Shown here in pieces: positions 43,971 through 55,630 of a stretch of DNA of 64,000 bases (position 1 is its first letter; every line of letters begins with the position of its first letter). The stretch spans positions 1-64,000 of the forward strand of contig JALAGF010006097.1 in NCBI GenBank assembly GCA_030167865.1, read 5' to 3'. A program made the position numbers and the translations under genes. The stretch is from Craspedostauros australis. Its lineage: Eukaryota. The notes under the pieces were generated by a model that ran no database searches, was not told the origin of the DNA, and saw only the letters and a list, made by a program, of their open reading frames with translations.

Positions 43971-44915
43971 TTATTCCTGCTTGGTTTTGCAATAGAACCC
44001 GTCGTACAATCCAGTGACCTCCTCCTCGATGATGCCTTCCACCGTGGCGGTCTGGCTCAATCCAACGTTGCCTCGTTCGCACCATCGGATGAATCCCTCC
44101 ACCATTTTCCGCTTTCCCTGTTGTGCGTTGTTGATGGCCGTGTTCAATATTTCGTCATTCATGTCAAAGGGTGAGCGCATGTGTACATTATCGAGTATTT
44201 CAACACTTTCACAACAAGTGGCAGCGAGCACTGTCCTTTACCCCAGAGCGTTCACGCCAGTGTCGTCGCTCCTTCATCACATCATCTGATCAATTCATTT
44301 TCACTTTTCACTACTTTCGCGTTCCATGTCGGACTCACCTCGACCAATATCTCGGCTGTATCGGTGTCGTCCGGTGGCGTCATGGTGCCCAACAGTCTTC
44401 GGAACTTGCCGGCCTGAAGGAATGTTCGGCAGGAGCAGATTCGAACAGAATAGACATGATTGTTGGAACGATGGGCAGAGAATGATTGGGAAAAGAGACG
44501 ATCGTGGTGCAGAAGCAAAAGCAAATGTTAGCTCAACTCATGAATGCATTCACTCCAATTGCAATCATCGCATGGTCCGTCCATGCAAACACTTCAAAAA
44601 ACATTGCGGTTCTGCAGATGCCACTTCACGCAGTTTTGCGGTGGCCCACGCTTTTCCATTCCGTACCTCGTTCAGAACGCATGCGCGGTAGTATCCACCG
44701 TTGACATCCCCCTTCAGGATGATTCGTCTTGCGATCAATTCCGGTTGCTGGCTCCCGTTCTTGTCTGCTTCAGCGAACAGCGACGACGATGGTGCCGCCG
44801 TTTGTCTTGCTGCGATGCTCGTTGTGGATGGGGCGACGCCGAATGCTTGCACACTGGTCACGCCGATCAGGAGGCAAAGCGCGACGCTTGCGAAATAGGA
44901 GTATCTTGGCATCAT
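43971..44915 (-). CDS. Plastid-targeted acylphosphatase-fold protein
   Basis: Exons 44915-44667, 44413-44339 and 44117-43971, all phase-0 GT-AG. Bipartite leader ...TSVQAF. Spliced product reads RRIILKGDVNGGYYR...AEILVEGKRKMVEGFIRWCERG. Confidence 0.8.
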
Positions 44916-45544
44916 CTTGGTGCGATCGTTGCTTGTGATTTCTCGTGGGTGCTCGTACTTCCTTTGCTTGTCTTCGATGCGTCTCAGGGTGTTGATGGCG
45001 AGCGCGTATGCTACGATGCTTTGTCAAACCTGCTGATGTGTTGATGTTCGTATCTTCGTATCTTCCCGTTGGCAACTGACAGCCTTCTCGTCTTCGTCTC
45101 TCTTTTGTGATTGTTGTGTGTTTGTGATGATTGCAGTTGCACCAAACCAGATGTCGCCGCCATCTTTGCGATGACTGACGACAAAAGGATTCGATCGGTG
45201 TTCGCCATTGTCGTTCCTCAACAGCATCCACAAGAAAACTGACGCACAACAAAAACGGACCGAAAACAACGAACACTGTTTAGTCCTACGAGTCATCGAT
45301 GGAGGATCTGTCGACTCAGATGACCCATCAACAATCGACAGATTTTCTGAATTTATCTTTGTTCGCGACGCGTTCGATCTTCCACCCACAACAACCAGGT
45401 TGGGCAGCAGTCGCAGACGGCAGGAGAGGAGAGTGCTGACAGGGAGGTCTCATTCAAAACCAAGGTTCATTTGCCGTCGATCTATCATCAGGCATCAACA
45501 TCAACATCAACGTCAACAGCAGCAGCGCTGCCATTGCCGCCGAC

Positions 45545-47365
45545 ATGGTCCATGCTCAATCGATGAGGCGGATCGCCTGCTGCCCACGCATCGCATGCCG
45601 TGCGAGACGAGGAGCACGGAGATGGATCTCCTCCTCCACTGCCTTACCATCGCCAGCCGCGGCATCCGCTACTGCGTGGACGGCCGATCCTGACACCGGC
45701 GTCATCTCATCCAAACACAGCGACATGCCACAGTTCCAAACGGTCATCGGATTGGAGATCCACGCGCAGCTCAAGATCGCGACGAAGCTCTTTTCCGATT
45801 CGCGCATTCCCGCCAAGTCCTCCTTGACGCAGGCTCCCAACTCGTCCATCTCGCCCTTCGATCTGGGCGTGCCTGGATACTTGCCGAGGCTGTCGCAGGA
45901 GGCGGTCCAAAAAGCGGTTCTCACGGCGGCGGCGACGAAGTGCGACATCCCGCATGTCTCCAGATTTGAGCGCAAACATTACTTCTACGCGGATCTGCCG
46001 CTGGGGTATCAGGTGACGCAGCAAAGATGGCCGCTGGCCAAGGATGGCGAATTGGTCTGTCAGATGAAGCAAGCGGGCGGAAAGAACAAGAACAACAAAC
46101 AGAAGAACAACAACAATCAGCAGGACAGCTTCCGCGTCGGAATCGAACGGATACAGATCGAGCAGGATACGGGCAAGACCACATCATCAACATCTGCGAG
46201 CCAAGGTCAGACAGAATCGCTTGTGGATTTCAATCGAGCAGGATCGGCGTTGATCGAAATCGTCTTCCGACCAGATCTGCGATCGGCCAACGCGGCTGCC
46301 GCGACGGTCGAAACCTTGCGAGATCTGCTCGTGCACATCGGAACGTGCGATGGCAAGATGGAGGAAGGATCGTTGCGATGTGATCTCAACGTTTCCATCG
46401 CGCCGGTACATGACGATGATACCGAGATTCTGCTGCAACGCACGGGCAATCGTGTCGAAGTCAAGAATCTCAATTCCTTGCGACAGATCGTGCAGGCCGC
46501 GCAGTTTGAAGGCAAGCGGCAGGCGCAGGCATATGTCAACGACGAGCCGACGTCGCAAGAAACCAGGACGTTCGATGTGCGCAAGGCCGAGACGGTCGTG
46601 ATTCGCAGCAAGGAAGGTGCAAAGGATTATCGATTCATGCCGGAACCCGATATTCCGCCCATAGTGTTGGATGAGGACATGTTTGATGGTCTCCAGCTGC
46701 AAGACTATGTCAACACCACACTGCCAGAGCTACCGGAAGACGCCAGGAATAGACTCGTATCCACCTACGGTCTATCAGAGTATCTCGCAACTGTGATCAC
46801 CGGCGACCCACCGGCCATCGCGCTATTCGATGAGGCAGTTGCCAGGGCGGCCGACGCGTTGCCGGATGTGACGAGCAAGAAAGTTGCCAGCACCGTGGCA
46901 AATTTCCTGTGCAACGAGCTCTTCTCGTTGATCCGAGAAACGCAGATGCGGCAGATGCACGACGGCACGCAAGGCGTGGGTCCCTACTCCTTGGTCAGCG
47001 GCGAGCAGCTGGGACAGCTTTCCGTTCTCTTTCTGCAGAACTCCATCTCCAACACAATGGCGAAGCACATCATCCATCTCATGTACGAGAAGGAGCATGA
47101 TCAGATGCCATCAGCGGTCGCCGACAAGTACGGATACAGGCTCATCACGGATGAGGAGGAATTGCGAACATTCTGCCGCGCGGTAATTGATGCGAATCCA
47201 GATGAGCTGGATCGATACAAGATGGGCGGTAAGTTCGCACGGAAGATCACCAAGTTCTACCAGGGCAAGTCCATGGCGCTGAGTCGAGGCACCGCGCAGC
47301 CGGAGCGATTGAATGAGATTCTGCTGGAAGTTCTGGAAGAAGTCGCGCCTGGAGTGGAGCAGTAG
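45545..47365 (+). CDS. gatB: Organellar Glu/Asp-tRNA amidotransferase subunit B
   Basis: Motifs VIGLEIHAQL, TKLFS, FERKHYFYADLPLGYQVTQ, IQIEQDTGK, VDFNRAG, EEGSLRCDLNVS, RVEVKNLNS and DYRFMPEPD. Arg-rich transit peptide. Confidence 0.97.
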   Translation: MVHAQSMRRIACCPRIACRARRGARRWISSSTALPSPAAASATAWTADPDTGVISSKHSDMPQFQTVIGLEIHAQLKIATKLFSDSRIPAKSSLTQAPNSSISPFDLGVPGYLPRLSQEAVQKAVLTAAATKCDIPHVSRFERKHYFYADLPLGYQVTQQRWPLAKDGELVCQMKQAGGKNKNNKQKNNNNQQDSFRVGIERIQIEQDTGKTTSSTSASQGQTESLVDFNRAGSALIEIVFRPDLRSANAAAATVETLRDLLVHIGTCDGKMEEGSLRCDLNVSIAPVHDDDTEILLQRTGNRVEVKNLNSLRQIVQAAQFEGKRQAQAYVNDEPTSQETRTFDVRKAETVVIRSKEGAKDYRFMPEPDIPPIVLDEDMFDGLQLQDYVNTTLPELPEDARNRLVSTYGLSEYLATVITGDPPAIALFDEAVARAADALPDVTSKKVASTVANFLCNELFSLIRETQMRQMHDGTQGVGPYSLVSGEQLGQLSVLFLQNSISNTMAKHIIHLMYEKEHDQMPSAVADKYGYRLITDEEELRTFCRAVIDANPDELDRYKMGGKFARKITKFYQGKSMALSRGTAQPERLNEILLEVLEEVAPGVEQ

Positions 47366-47441
47366 GTATGGTATACAAACAATTCCGGTCTATGATGCGC
47401 ATTGTCATGTACACACTGTGCACCATGTACTAATGGATAAT

Positions 47442-50400
47442 CTAGATGTAATCACCATCCCGGACGGTGGACTGATCGCCGTCTTGGACTACCATGGCAG
47501 CCGACGACTCTGCATGCTGGCTCCCACTCAAGACTGCTTGCGGCTTTTTCTTCTTTTTCTTTTTCTTCTTCGTCGTCGTCGAACTGCGTTTCGAGGATAC
47601 CGATCGTGGGCTGGTGATGGCATCACTTTCGGCTGTGTTTGAGGGGACAGACGATTTGAGGCCGTGATACGGGCTCTTGTTGAAATGGGCATCCGCATCT
47701 GGTCGTGTTGCAGAGGCTCGTCGACCCTGTGGCGATGGCAGCAGTCGCAGGCTTTCATCATCTCCTCGTTCGCTGCCGTCATTGTTGCTGTGCGACGTTC
47801 GTCGTTGTCTTCGTTTGGACGATGCGCTGCTGCTGCGTCTGGAATGCTGCGACGTGCTCACTCTGCTTTTCTGGGACGGTGTTGGACTCCCCATCAGCAT
47901 GTTTGTGCTCACTCTACTTTTCTGAGACGGTGTTGGACTCCCCATCGGCACGCTTGCTCTACTTTTCTGAGATGGTGTCGGGCTTCCCATCAGCATGTTT
48001 GTGCTCACTCTGCTTTTCTGATACGGTGTTGGACTCCCCATCGGCACGCTTGCTCTACTTTTCTGAGATGGTGTCGGACTCCCCATCGGCACGCTTGCTC
48101 TGCTTTTGCGGGATGGCGTCGGACTCGCCATGTTTGCGCTCGCTGTGCTCTTGCGAGATGGTGTAGGGCTACCCATGGGCACGCTTGCTCTACTTTTGCG
48201 GGACGGCGTCGGACTGCCCATGTTGGCACTAACTCTGCTTTTGCGAGACGGTGTGGGGCTGCCCATCGGAACGCTTGCTCCTCGTTGCTGTGTGTAGCTC
48301 GTTCGTTGCGACTTGAAGCTGCCTGCGCGCGCAACGGTCGGTGGTCCCAAGATGTCGCCGAAATCGGTATCCTCGGGATTGACCGACGTGGCATCTCTCG
48401 ATTTGCTGTTCTTGCCCGACGGGATATTCACCAGATCCTGGAAGCAAAAGAAGTAGACGCAGCAGCAGCAACAGCACGTGCCCATGATGAGCGAGATGAT
48501 GTAGATGGCCTTGAAGGCATCCGGTGAATCGTCCCAGAACTCACGGACGGGGTTCTTCTCGGTCTCCTCCTTGACGTAGAATGGATCCATCAAGACTTTG
48601 AAGTTCAAGCCGGTCTGCGGCTTGCCAGCGAATGCCAGGTCCGTGACATTGCCTCCACTCTGCAACCTGCGTCGCATGGATCGTGTGATGGTGGTGGCCG
48701 CCTGTCGCGATGCCGTTCCGAATTGGAGTTCGACGTCGCCCAGGACACTGAGCGTTCCATTCGTCTTGAAGAGGTTGCGTTGCAGCTTGGCCTTGATGAT
48801 GCACATGGATGCACCTTGCGTGCAGGACGACAGCGCAAGAATTTCGTCTTCGCCGTCTTCAGGAAAGATCTGCATTCCGTCCTCGTCGATGAGCTGCTGC
48901 GTTTCGGTTTCGGCCTGATCTTTGCGTTCCAACCGAAAATTGGAGATGCCCTTGATGTAGACCGACTGATCTCTGGCCTGCTGGTTTGGTTCGATGCAAA
49001 TTCGAATGACGTCGCCAGTCTTGCGCACCGTGTTGGGGAACGGCGCCGGCAGATTGCGTCCATCGCACATGAAGGCTCTGGCACCGTACTCTTTGTCGGA
49101 CGGCTTGACCTTGATTGAGAATGCGAATGCCTTGGTTCCGGCAAACGATCCCGGCACGCGGAATTCATTGGATGGATTATCCTGCTGCAATTCCCGTGCC
49201 GTTTGTTGCAAGTGCCGATCGCGACGACTGCCGTATGAGTACTGCAGGTAGACGATGCCAATGACCTGCACCGTGCCTTCCGCAAAGAAGAATTCGTTGT
49301 CCAACGTGGTGGAAACCGCGCACGTGCGCTGTCCTGCCATGCATTCCACGCGCGTCAAGGCGAGATTGTTGATGCGGCTGATGGGAACGATGACGTTCTG
49401 CGTGTGGGCCTTGTCGCTGTGTCCGTCATCCGCGTTGCGTTCAATATCCATGGCGTAGATGCGGGCCATGCGCACGTCGTTGTTGAAGGTGTCGATGTCT
49501 GGTTGGATGCAGATGCGGACCTTGGAACCTTGCGTTTTGACGGTTTCAGTGATCGGGTTGTTGTTTTCGTCGCACTCGAATCCCTCCGAAGCAAACGACT
49601 CCGATTCATCGTTTTGTCGCAGATCGACGAGGCCGACGTCGGTGAGGACGTTGATGCCAAGGACCATGGGATAGATGAGGTTGCGTTGGATGTTGCCCAG
49701 CGCATCCTTGAGTCCGAAGTCAACGCAGAAGCTCAGCCGTCCTCTGTTCTTGTCCACCGACTTGTAAATGAACGAGTTGGGCACCTTGAGGTTGTCAACT
49801 GTGAGAATGACATTGAACTAAATACCATGGTAGAGTTGATCAGAGTGTTGAGTGCAGTGTATTGCATTGCCGTTGCCATATATTGTTGTGTGGTATTATA
49901 TAATAGAATACATGCAAAGAAGCGGTGGGAGAAGTGATGATGTGAGGCATTCAATTGCACTCAATTGCATTCAATAGAGGAATTTCCATGTGTTGTTTGC
50001 ACCTCGCGAGATGGTGAGGAAGGATGATGCGACGAAGGGCCATGGGAACCTGTTGTCTGCGCAATACCAACACAACTACTTCACGAGCACCACAGTTCTC
50101 GTCCGCCATCCATGTCATTCACGATCTCTCTCGCTGATACTACGGCACCCATTTTGCACCTCGTTGGGCCATTTCGTCCACCAACACGCATCTTGCACAG
50201 CGTACGCAATCCACAACACTCACCTCCCGCGTACCCGAGCCATCTCCTGCTGCGCCATCCGGCACCACATCCACCGTCATGTAATCATTGTCGGCATTCG
50301 TAATTGGAAACTCGCATTGGTTGCCGTACATCAATTTGACGACGATGTCCTCCTTCGTGATCTGATCGCGCACGAGGTACGCCATGGAGACTTGCAGCTG

Positions 50401-50589
50401 GTTGATCTCGAGTTCTGGAGCGCCAATGTCGTACAATCGTTCGGGGCTGACCTGCAGCGTGCGTTGCAGCATGTCGGAGGGCATCGCATCGTGGTTCGCC
50501 ATCGCGGACGGCAGCGAGCAGCAGACTGCCGCCCACAGCATCCATGCCGTTGAGATCATCATCGATGCGTGCGCTGAGATGAATCTCAT
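47442..50589 (-). CDS. Type I membrane protein with repeated Cys-containing luminal domains, RxL motifs and a repeat-rich cytosolic tail
   Basis: Exons 50589-50224 and 49817-47442 splice in phase 0 (GDGSGTRE|FNVILTVD). Signal peptide present. Two homologous domains (C..GS/DxxRICIxP...C..G...C...L...F...G.V/L...G...LQ(Y/F)G). RTLQ/RHLQ/RELQ/RRLQ motifs. TM helix AIYIISLIMGTCCCCCCVYFF. Confidence 0.85.
47860..48270 (-). repeat. Coding minisatellite, 9 copies of a 45/51-nt unit (MGSPTPS[RQ]KSR..)
   Basis: Translation shows nine M[GA]SPTP[SY][RQ]KS units with a period of 15 or 17 aa. Confidence 0.9.
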
Positions 50590-51347
50590 CGTTGTGTCTT
50601 AGTGTTGAGCCCGACCGCTCGCTTGTCTGTCGCTGGCTGGTGCTCGATTGTGTGCGAAGCATTCAAGCGATCGATGAATGCGAGATCTGCTCAAGTTTGT
50701 GTTCTGATTGACAGGTGAGGCAGCGGTGTGGGCTTGTATAATGAGTTTTGCCTGTGCGTTGTTACAATTTGTGATCGTAGTGTTGGTGTGAGTGTGAGTG
50801 CGAGTGCGAGCGTGCGTTGTGACAACATTGCTCTCTCATTTCTGCACGCAGTTTTCGGTTTTGGATCACTGTCTTCGTCGTCTTCTGTGTTTGTTTGTCA
50901 CGACACTCATTTTTTCAGTGACATTGCCGACTTAACGTGTTGAGTCACTAGCCTTTTCTGTTTGAGCTTCATTGGTCTCCATTCGCCACCGTCATCTTGA
51001 TTGATATGTCCGATCAATAATTGTTGATTCACATGCGACATGCGTGTGACAACCAAGCTCCGAAAGCGGGGAAACAGATCAATCAAGAAGAGCGGAAAAG
51101 AATGACAGGCTTCGAAACAACATCCGAACGCAAAACCAAACACTCGCTTCACAATGCGAGGTTTGTTCGACATGAGCACTGTTGCGGTTGCTGTGAATGA
51201 AGGCAACACGATTGTGCGGCAACAAGGAGCGCACACTCTCTCTCTCTCTCTCTCTCTCCATCCGTCGGTCATTGCCAATAATCATTGCCAATCATCATTG
51301 CCAATCACATCACATCACATCACATTCGCCATCTCCGCAGAACAATA

Positions 51348-52466
51348 ATGAGACCGACGTTGATTGCTCGTGCGGCTACCGCAGCCACAGCCATCATGGC
51401 ATGCGCCCCCCTTGCGGTCTCCCTCGATGTCAGCAGCAGCAACCACGATCATGGCGCCATCGCCAGCATTCAGCACGAATCGCACGATCAGCCGCACCCA
51501 CGCCACCTCCAATCCTCGTCGCTGGGCGTCGACGCCTTGCTGTACGAATGCGACGCGAACAACGAGAAGATCGATCCGATCACGCAAAAGTCCGTCGGCG
51601 ACTACATGAAGTTCTGCATCACGCCCAGCCTCCTCACGAAGAACCGCGACATCTTCGTGCGTTCCGTCGACACCATGACGCTCATTCGCAACAAGTCGAA
51701 CTCCAGCGAACGACAGACCCTCGTCGAATCGAAGCAGGAATCGGGCATGACGCTGCTGGCCTGCGTGCCGGGCAGCGAAGTGTGCACGGTGCAGACGCAG
51801 TTGCAAGGGTCGCTCTTTTACGATCCCGAAGATGGGGTCGTGCAGGTCGTTGCCGATATCGCCTTGCAGTACGGGACGCTCAATACGCTGTGGATCGACA
51901 ACAACAACGGCCGGAATTTGCAATTGGTCGGCGGCAATGGTCGCTATGCCGGCAGTTCCGAGATCGTTCTGTCCTTCGGTGTCAAAAGCGCCAAGGAACC
52001 TGCCAGCGAGACGGAGGAACCCGAAGAGGATAACTGGTGGAAGGATAGCCCGGCGTGGCAACGATTCCTGCTCATCTTCGCGTCGATCGTCGTGTTTTGC
52101 GTCTTCTGCTGTTGCTTCGCAGCCTGCGCATTTTGGTTCCGTGAGGAGGTTCTGTATAAGAATGAGCATGCCAACAAGCAGAAAGCCATGGACGACCACG
52201 ACAGCCACAAGGAGGAGGACAGCTTCTTGAATCCCGATCACGTCGATCAATTCGCCGAGGAGGAACCCTACGAAGCCGCATCGCAGCGCAATGACGATGA
52301 CGCGGCCAGCCGGAGCCGTGCAGCCGCTTCGTCGCATGCCTACTCTTGGGATCGACAAGCGCAGCATGCCGATGCCACGGCGTCTCATGCGTATACCTGG
52401 AATGGCAGTCGCGCCCACCACCACGACGATGAGGAGTATAGTCGAGATTCTCGCAGTCGACGATGA
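51348..52466 (+). CDS. Type I membrane protein, single-domain paralog of 47442-50589
   Basis: Signal peptide, then RHLQ. One domain YECD.NN...GDYMKFCITP...LLACVPGSEVCTVQTQL..SLF...LQYG. Then RNLQ, YAGS, WWKDSP and a TM helix ending VFCCCFAAC. Confidence 0.85.
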   Translation: MRPTLIARAATAATAIMACAPLAVSLDVSSSNHDHGAIASIQHESHDQPHPRHLQSSSLGVDALLYECDANNEKIDPITQKSVGDYMKFCITPSLLTKNRDIFVRSVDTMTLIRNKSNSSERQTLVESKQESGMTLLACVPGSEVCTVQTQLQGSLFYDPEDGVVQVVADIALQYGTLNTLWIDNNNGRNLQLVGGNGRYAGSSEIVLSFGVKSAKEPASETEEPEEDNWWKDSPAWQRFLLIFASIVVFCVFCCCFAACAFWFREEVLYKNEHANKQKAMDDHDSHKEEDSFLNPDHVDQFAEEEPYEAASQRNDDDAASRSRAAASSHAYSWDRQAQHADATASHAYTWNGSRAHHHDDEEYSRDSRSRR

Positions 52467-52665
52467 GAGCGGGACGCATGCTCGTAGTTTGGGTGAGAAT
52501 TGGTGTGAGTACGGTTACGTTAAATTCTGCACTATATGTGGGGTACGTGCTCTGTCTAGCATAACAGTATTTGTCTATCTCTAGCATTTTCGTTTTCTAT
52601 CCCTAGCGATTCTCCAGTAGCCACCATCACAAGTACGCATCCAGCGCGTTTCAGCATACCACTCC

Positions 52666-53562
52666 TTACGACTCCACCACTTGGAATTCAATTTTGGCTT
52701 CGCCTACATCCGGGTATCCATACGCATGGAGCATGTACACGTAATCCTCTTGCGACGTCCACTGGCATCCCTGCGCGCAATCCAACAGGAAGCATTCCAT
52801 CACATCGCACCCCATGTCGTCGTCGTCTTTGCGATACCGCATCACCGAAAGCCCGGACCGCGATTGTGTCGAGCGCAACGTGAATGCTTTGCCCGTTCCC
52901 TGCAGTCGATACCACATGCCGTGTGGCAACACGTCGAATTCGTGACAATCGTTCGTGCTGCCGACGTGCGCCTGTGCCAGATTTATGTTCACAGTTTGAC
53001 GCAGATGCAACGGCATGGCCGTGGCGCATTGCGCGCCCGATGCATGTCTTCGGATATAGTTGACGGGCAGGGTCAGATTTGGTGACATCTCCATCTCCAT
53101 TTGAAAGAGGGTGGAGATGACGAGGATGGCCGTCACCACGAGACACAGAGCGAAGTATTGCATTCGTCGGTGCAATGTGTCGTTCATCCTCTTGGCGTCT
53201 TCGATGTCCATCATCTGTGACATGGCGTCAGCACTGTCGATGGCTGATGGTAGCGTGGCCGTCTCCATGCTCGATGCGCAGTCCATGTTCATCGCTGCTG
53301 TGTCAGAATGATATGGGGTAGTAGCTTGCATTGACGAGGATTGCTGTTTTGTGATGCGATCTGAATCGTCTGAAGTGGAGTCGCTTCCTCCTGCGTTGTG
53401 CAAAGGGCGTTCACCTTGAGTCGCGATGTGTACAATCCGAGCGGACCTTGGATCGGTGGAGTTGCTCGTGCCATCCAAGTCAATGCGAACATCGACGCTT
53501 CTTGCATCATCGTCTGCGTGGAAGCAGTTGTCATGATCTTGTTGATGTTTCTTCATCGTCAT
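52666..53562 (-). CDS. Single-TM membrane protein with a Cys-containing C-terminal domain (GMWY..GTG type)
   Basis: ATG at 53562. TM segment YFALCLVVTAILVISTLF, followed by CATA...GSTNDC...GMWYRLQGTG, a motif common in diatom extracellular domains. Function unknown. Confidence 0.6.
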   Translation of the reverse strand: MTMKKHQQDHDNCFHADDDARSVDVRIDLDGTSNSTDPRSARIVHIATQGERPLHNAGGSDSTSDDSDRITKQQSSSMQATTPYHSDTAAMNMDCASSMETATLPSAIDSADAMSQMMDIEDAKRMNDTLHRRMQYFALCLVVTAILVISTLFQMEMEMSPNLTLPVNYIRRHASGAQCATAMPLHLRQTVNINLAQAHVGSTNDCHEFDVLPHGMWYRLQGTGKAFTLRSTQSRSGLSVMRYRKDDDDMGCDVMECFLLDCAQGCQWTSQEDYVYMLHAYGYPDVGEAKIEFQVVES

Positions 53563-54607
53563 CGCCTCAGATTTAGTTTGACTGGCGGTGTACGTACGAG
53601 TATGGTGCGCACAATAGCTGCTCGTGTGCGTGTTATAATATTGTATAAGATGACACTGACACGATGCTTGTATGCTTGTATGCTTGTACGATTCGAGTGA
53701 GTGTGGTTGCTCTCCTTGTATTGCTTTGTTCTCCCTTTGTTCTCCCTTCGGAATTGTGAGGTCTTGGCAAATTCGCACCTGCACCATCCCTTGTCGGCAT
53801 CGCACACCCAGCCGCCATCAACCATGTGGGCCACGATGCTTGTGCCATGCAAGTACGCGCATCTTTTCATGGGGGTGGATGCGCTGAAGCTTTCGTTTTC
53901 TCGTATCGCGTGAAGCCCCCTTCCTCGTGTGTCTGGCTGTTCATTGACATGTGAGATGCTGTGGAAGCCTTGTTGACACCAACTTCGGTTGCAACCAACG
54001 CGGATGACCGCCAGCCGAAAGCGTTTCTTTTACACTCAAGACTGGTGCCAGTTCCGTCGTATCAAGCCTATCTGTTTGGTGACTTCGGGCCCCATAGTTC
54101 ATCAGCTGCGGCAATACTTTGTACCTTTTCTCTCCTGTTGCCGTCCTCTCTCCACTTCTCCGCGAGGGCGTTTTCGGCGCCAATCGTGGCTGTGCGACAC
54201 AAAGAAGACTGTGTGGAAGCCGAATGTGTCCTCGCCCCCGAAAGTACGGAAAAGGTGTCAAGCGTGGCCGCACGCAACCCTCTTTTGGTATCTTTGGTTT
54301 CTGTTTCTCTGTTCGTTAAATGCCAATATTTATGTCTGTCAGCTGCACGTATGATCATCGGTTTACCAACACCAGACAAATCCACAAGAAAACAAAGAAC
54401 GAGTGAGGAAAAGAAAAGAAGACACATCAAACATCAAACATCACAAAAAAGGAACACACCCCACACCAACGCGGAACATCAAACTGCCAACAACTGCACA
54501 CTCGTATAGCAAGACAACATTCGACACTGGGGTAAAGGAGAGGAGAGTGCCATTCCATTCCATTCCATGCCATACCATACCAAACATACGATTAGCTCGT
54601 ACACTGC

Positions 54608-55630
54608 ATGATGATGACACTACGATTAAATCCGTCCGCCATCTGTATTGCGGTGCTTCAGATCTCAATACTCATACTACCAGTGTGGACATTCCAACCA
54701 ATCGCACGTACCGCGGCACCCTCTCTGCTGGGTAACACCGCACCATTCCAACGATGCGAGGCATATACATCGCGACTGCGGGCACAGCGAGACGATACCG
54801 ACAGCAAGAAACCGGCACAGCAAGCAGCCGGCAAACCGCGATTCGCGCAGCAATCGCCCAACCAAAAACGACGACGCCCGCGTCCGCGTCCCCAAACCAG
54901 CGATGGCCCCACCTACAGGGCCGACGGGGCACTCATCGAGCAGAACCTGCAGCGCGTCAAGACAGCCGGACGCATCGGTACGAAGCGCTACGTCGATCCA
55001 AACAAGGTCTTCATCGGCAACCTGCCGTACAGCATCGACGATGATGCGCTGTTCGCGTTCGTATTGGATACGATGGGCCAAAGTCGGCTGGTGCTGCAAT
55101 CGGCCAAGGTCATCCGCGAGTGGAAGACCGGAAAAAGCAAGGGGTACGGATTTTGCATGTTCACCGATCCCATGTACGCCACCGTGTGCATGGACATCAT
55201 GAACGGACAGATGCTGGAGGGGCGGCGCTTGACCGCGTCGCAAGGCAAGAAGAAGGACGCGGACAACGAGCTCTACATCAAAAAGCAGAAGGAGAAGAAG
55301 CAGGCGAAGAAGCTTTCTGAAGAAGAGATGGCCATTGCGAGCGGACTGCAGGCAGCAGAGGAGGATGCCGAGTTTTTCGAGGATGACGAAGATGTTCCGA
55401 TTTTCGGCGGCGAGAATGAGGAGGACTTCGAGCTGGATGCCAGGCTGTTTGGCATTGCGGCTGCCGATGAGGAGGACGACGAGGATGACGACGATATCGA
55501 TGGCATCTTCGTGGAACGCCACTTCAAGTACGAAGAAGTCGACGAAGATCTCAACCGCGAACAGCGCCGTGACGCACAACGACGCATGAAGCGCAAGAAG
55601 AAGCCCTCCAGAGGGTTTGGAGCGGATTAA
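54608..55630 (+). CDS. Plastid-targeted RRM RNA-binding protein
   Basis: Signal peptide ending VWTF. RNP2 KVFIGNLPY and RNP1 KGYGFCMF. Acidic region followed by a basic C-terminus. Confidence 0.9.
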   Translation: MMMTLRLNPSAICIAVLQISILILPVWTFQPIARTAAPSLLGNTAPFQRCEAYTSRLRAQRDDTDSKKPAQQAAGKPRFAQQSPNQKRRRPRPRPQTSDGPTYRADGALIEQNLQRVKTAGRIGTKRYVDPNKVFIGNLPYSIDDDALFAFVLDTMGQSRLVLQSAKVIREWKTGKSKGYGFCMFTDPMYATVCMDIMNGQMLEGRRLTASQGKKKDADNELYIKKQKEKKQAKKLSEEEMAIASGLQAAEEDAEFFEDDEDVPIFGGENEEDFELDARLFGIAAADEEDDEDDDDIDGIFVERHFKYEEVDEDLNREQRRDAQRRMKRKKKPSRGFGAD

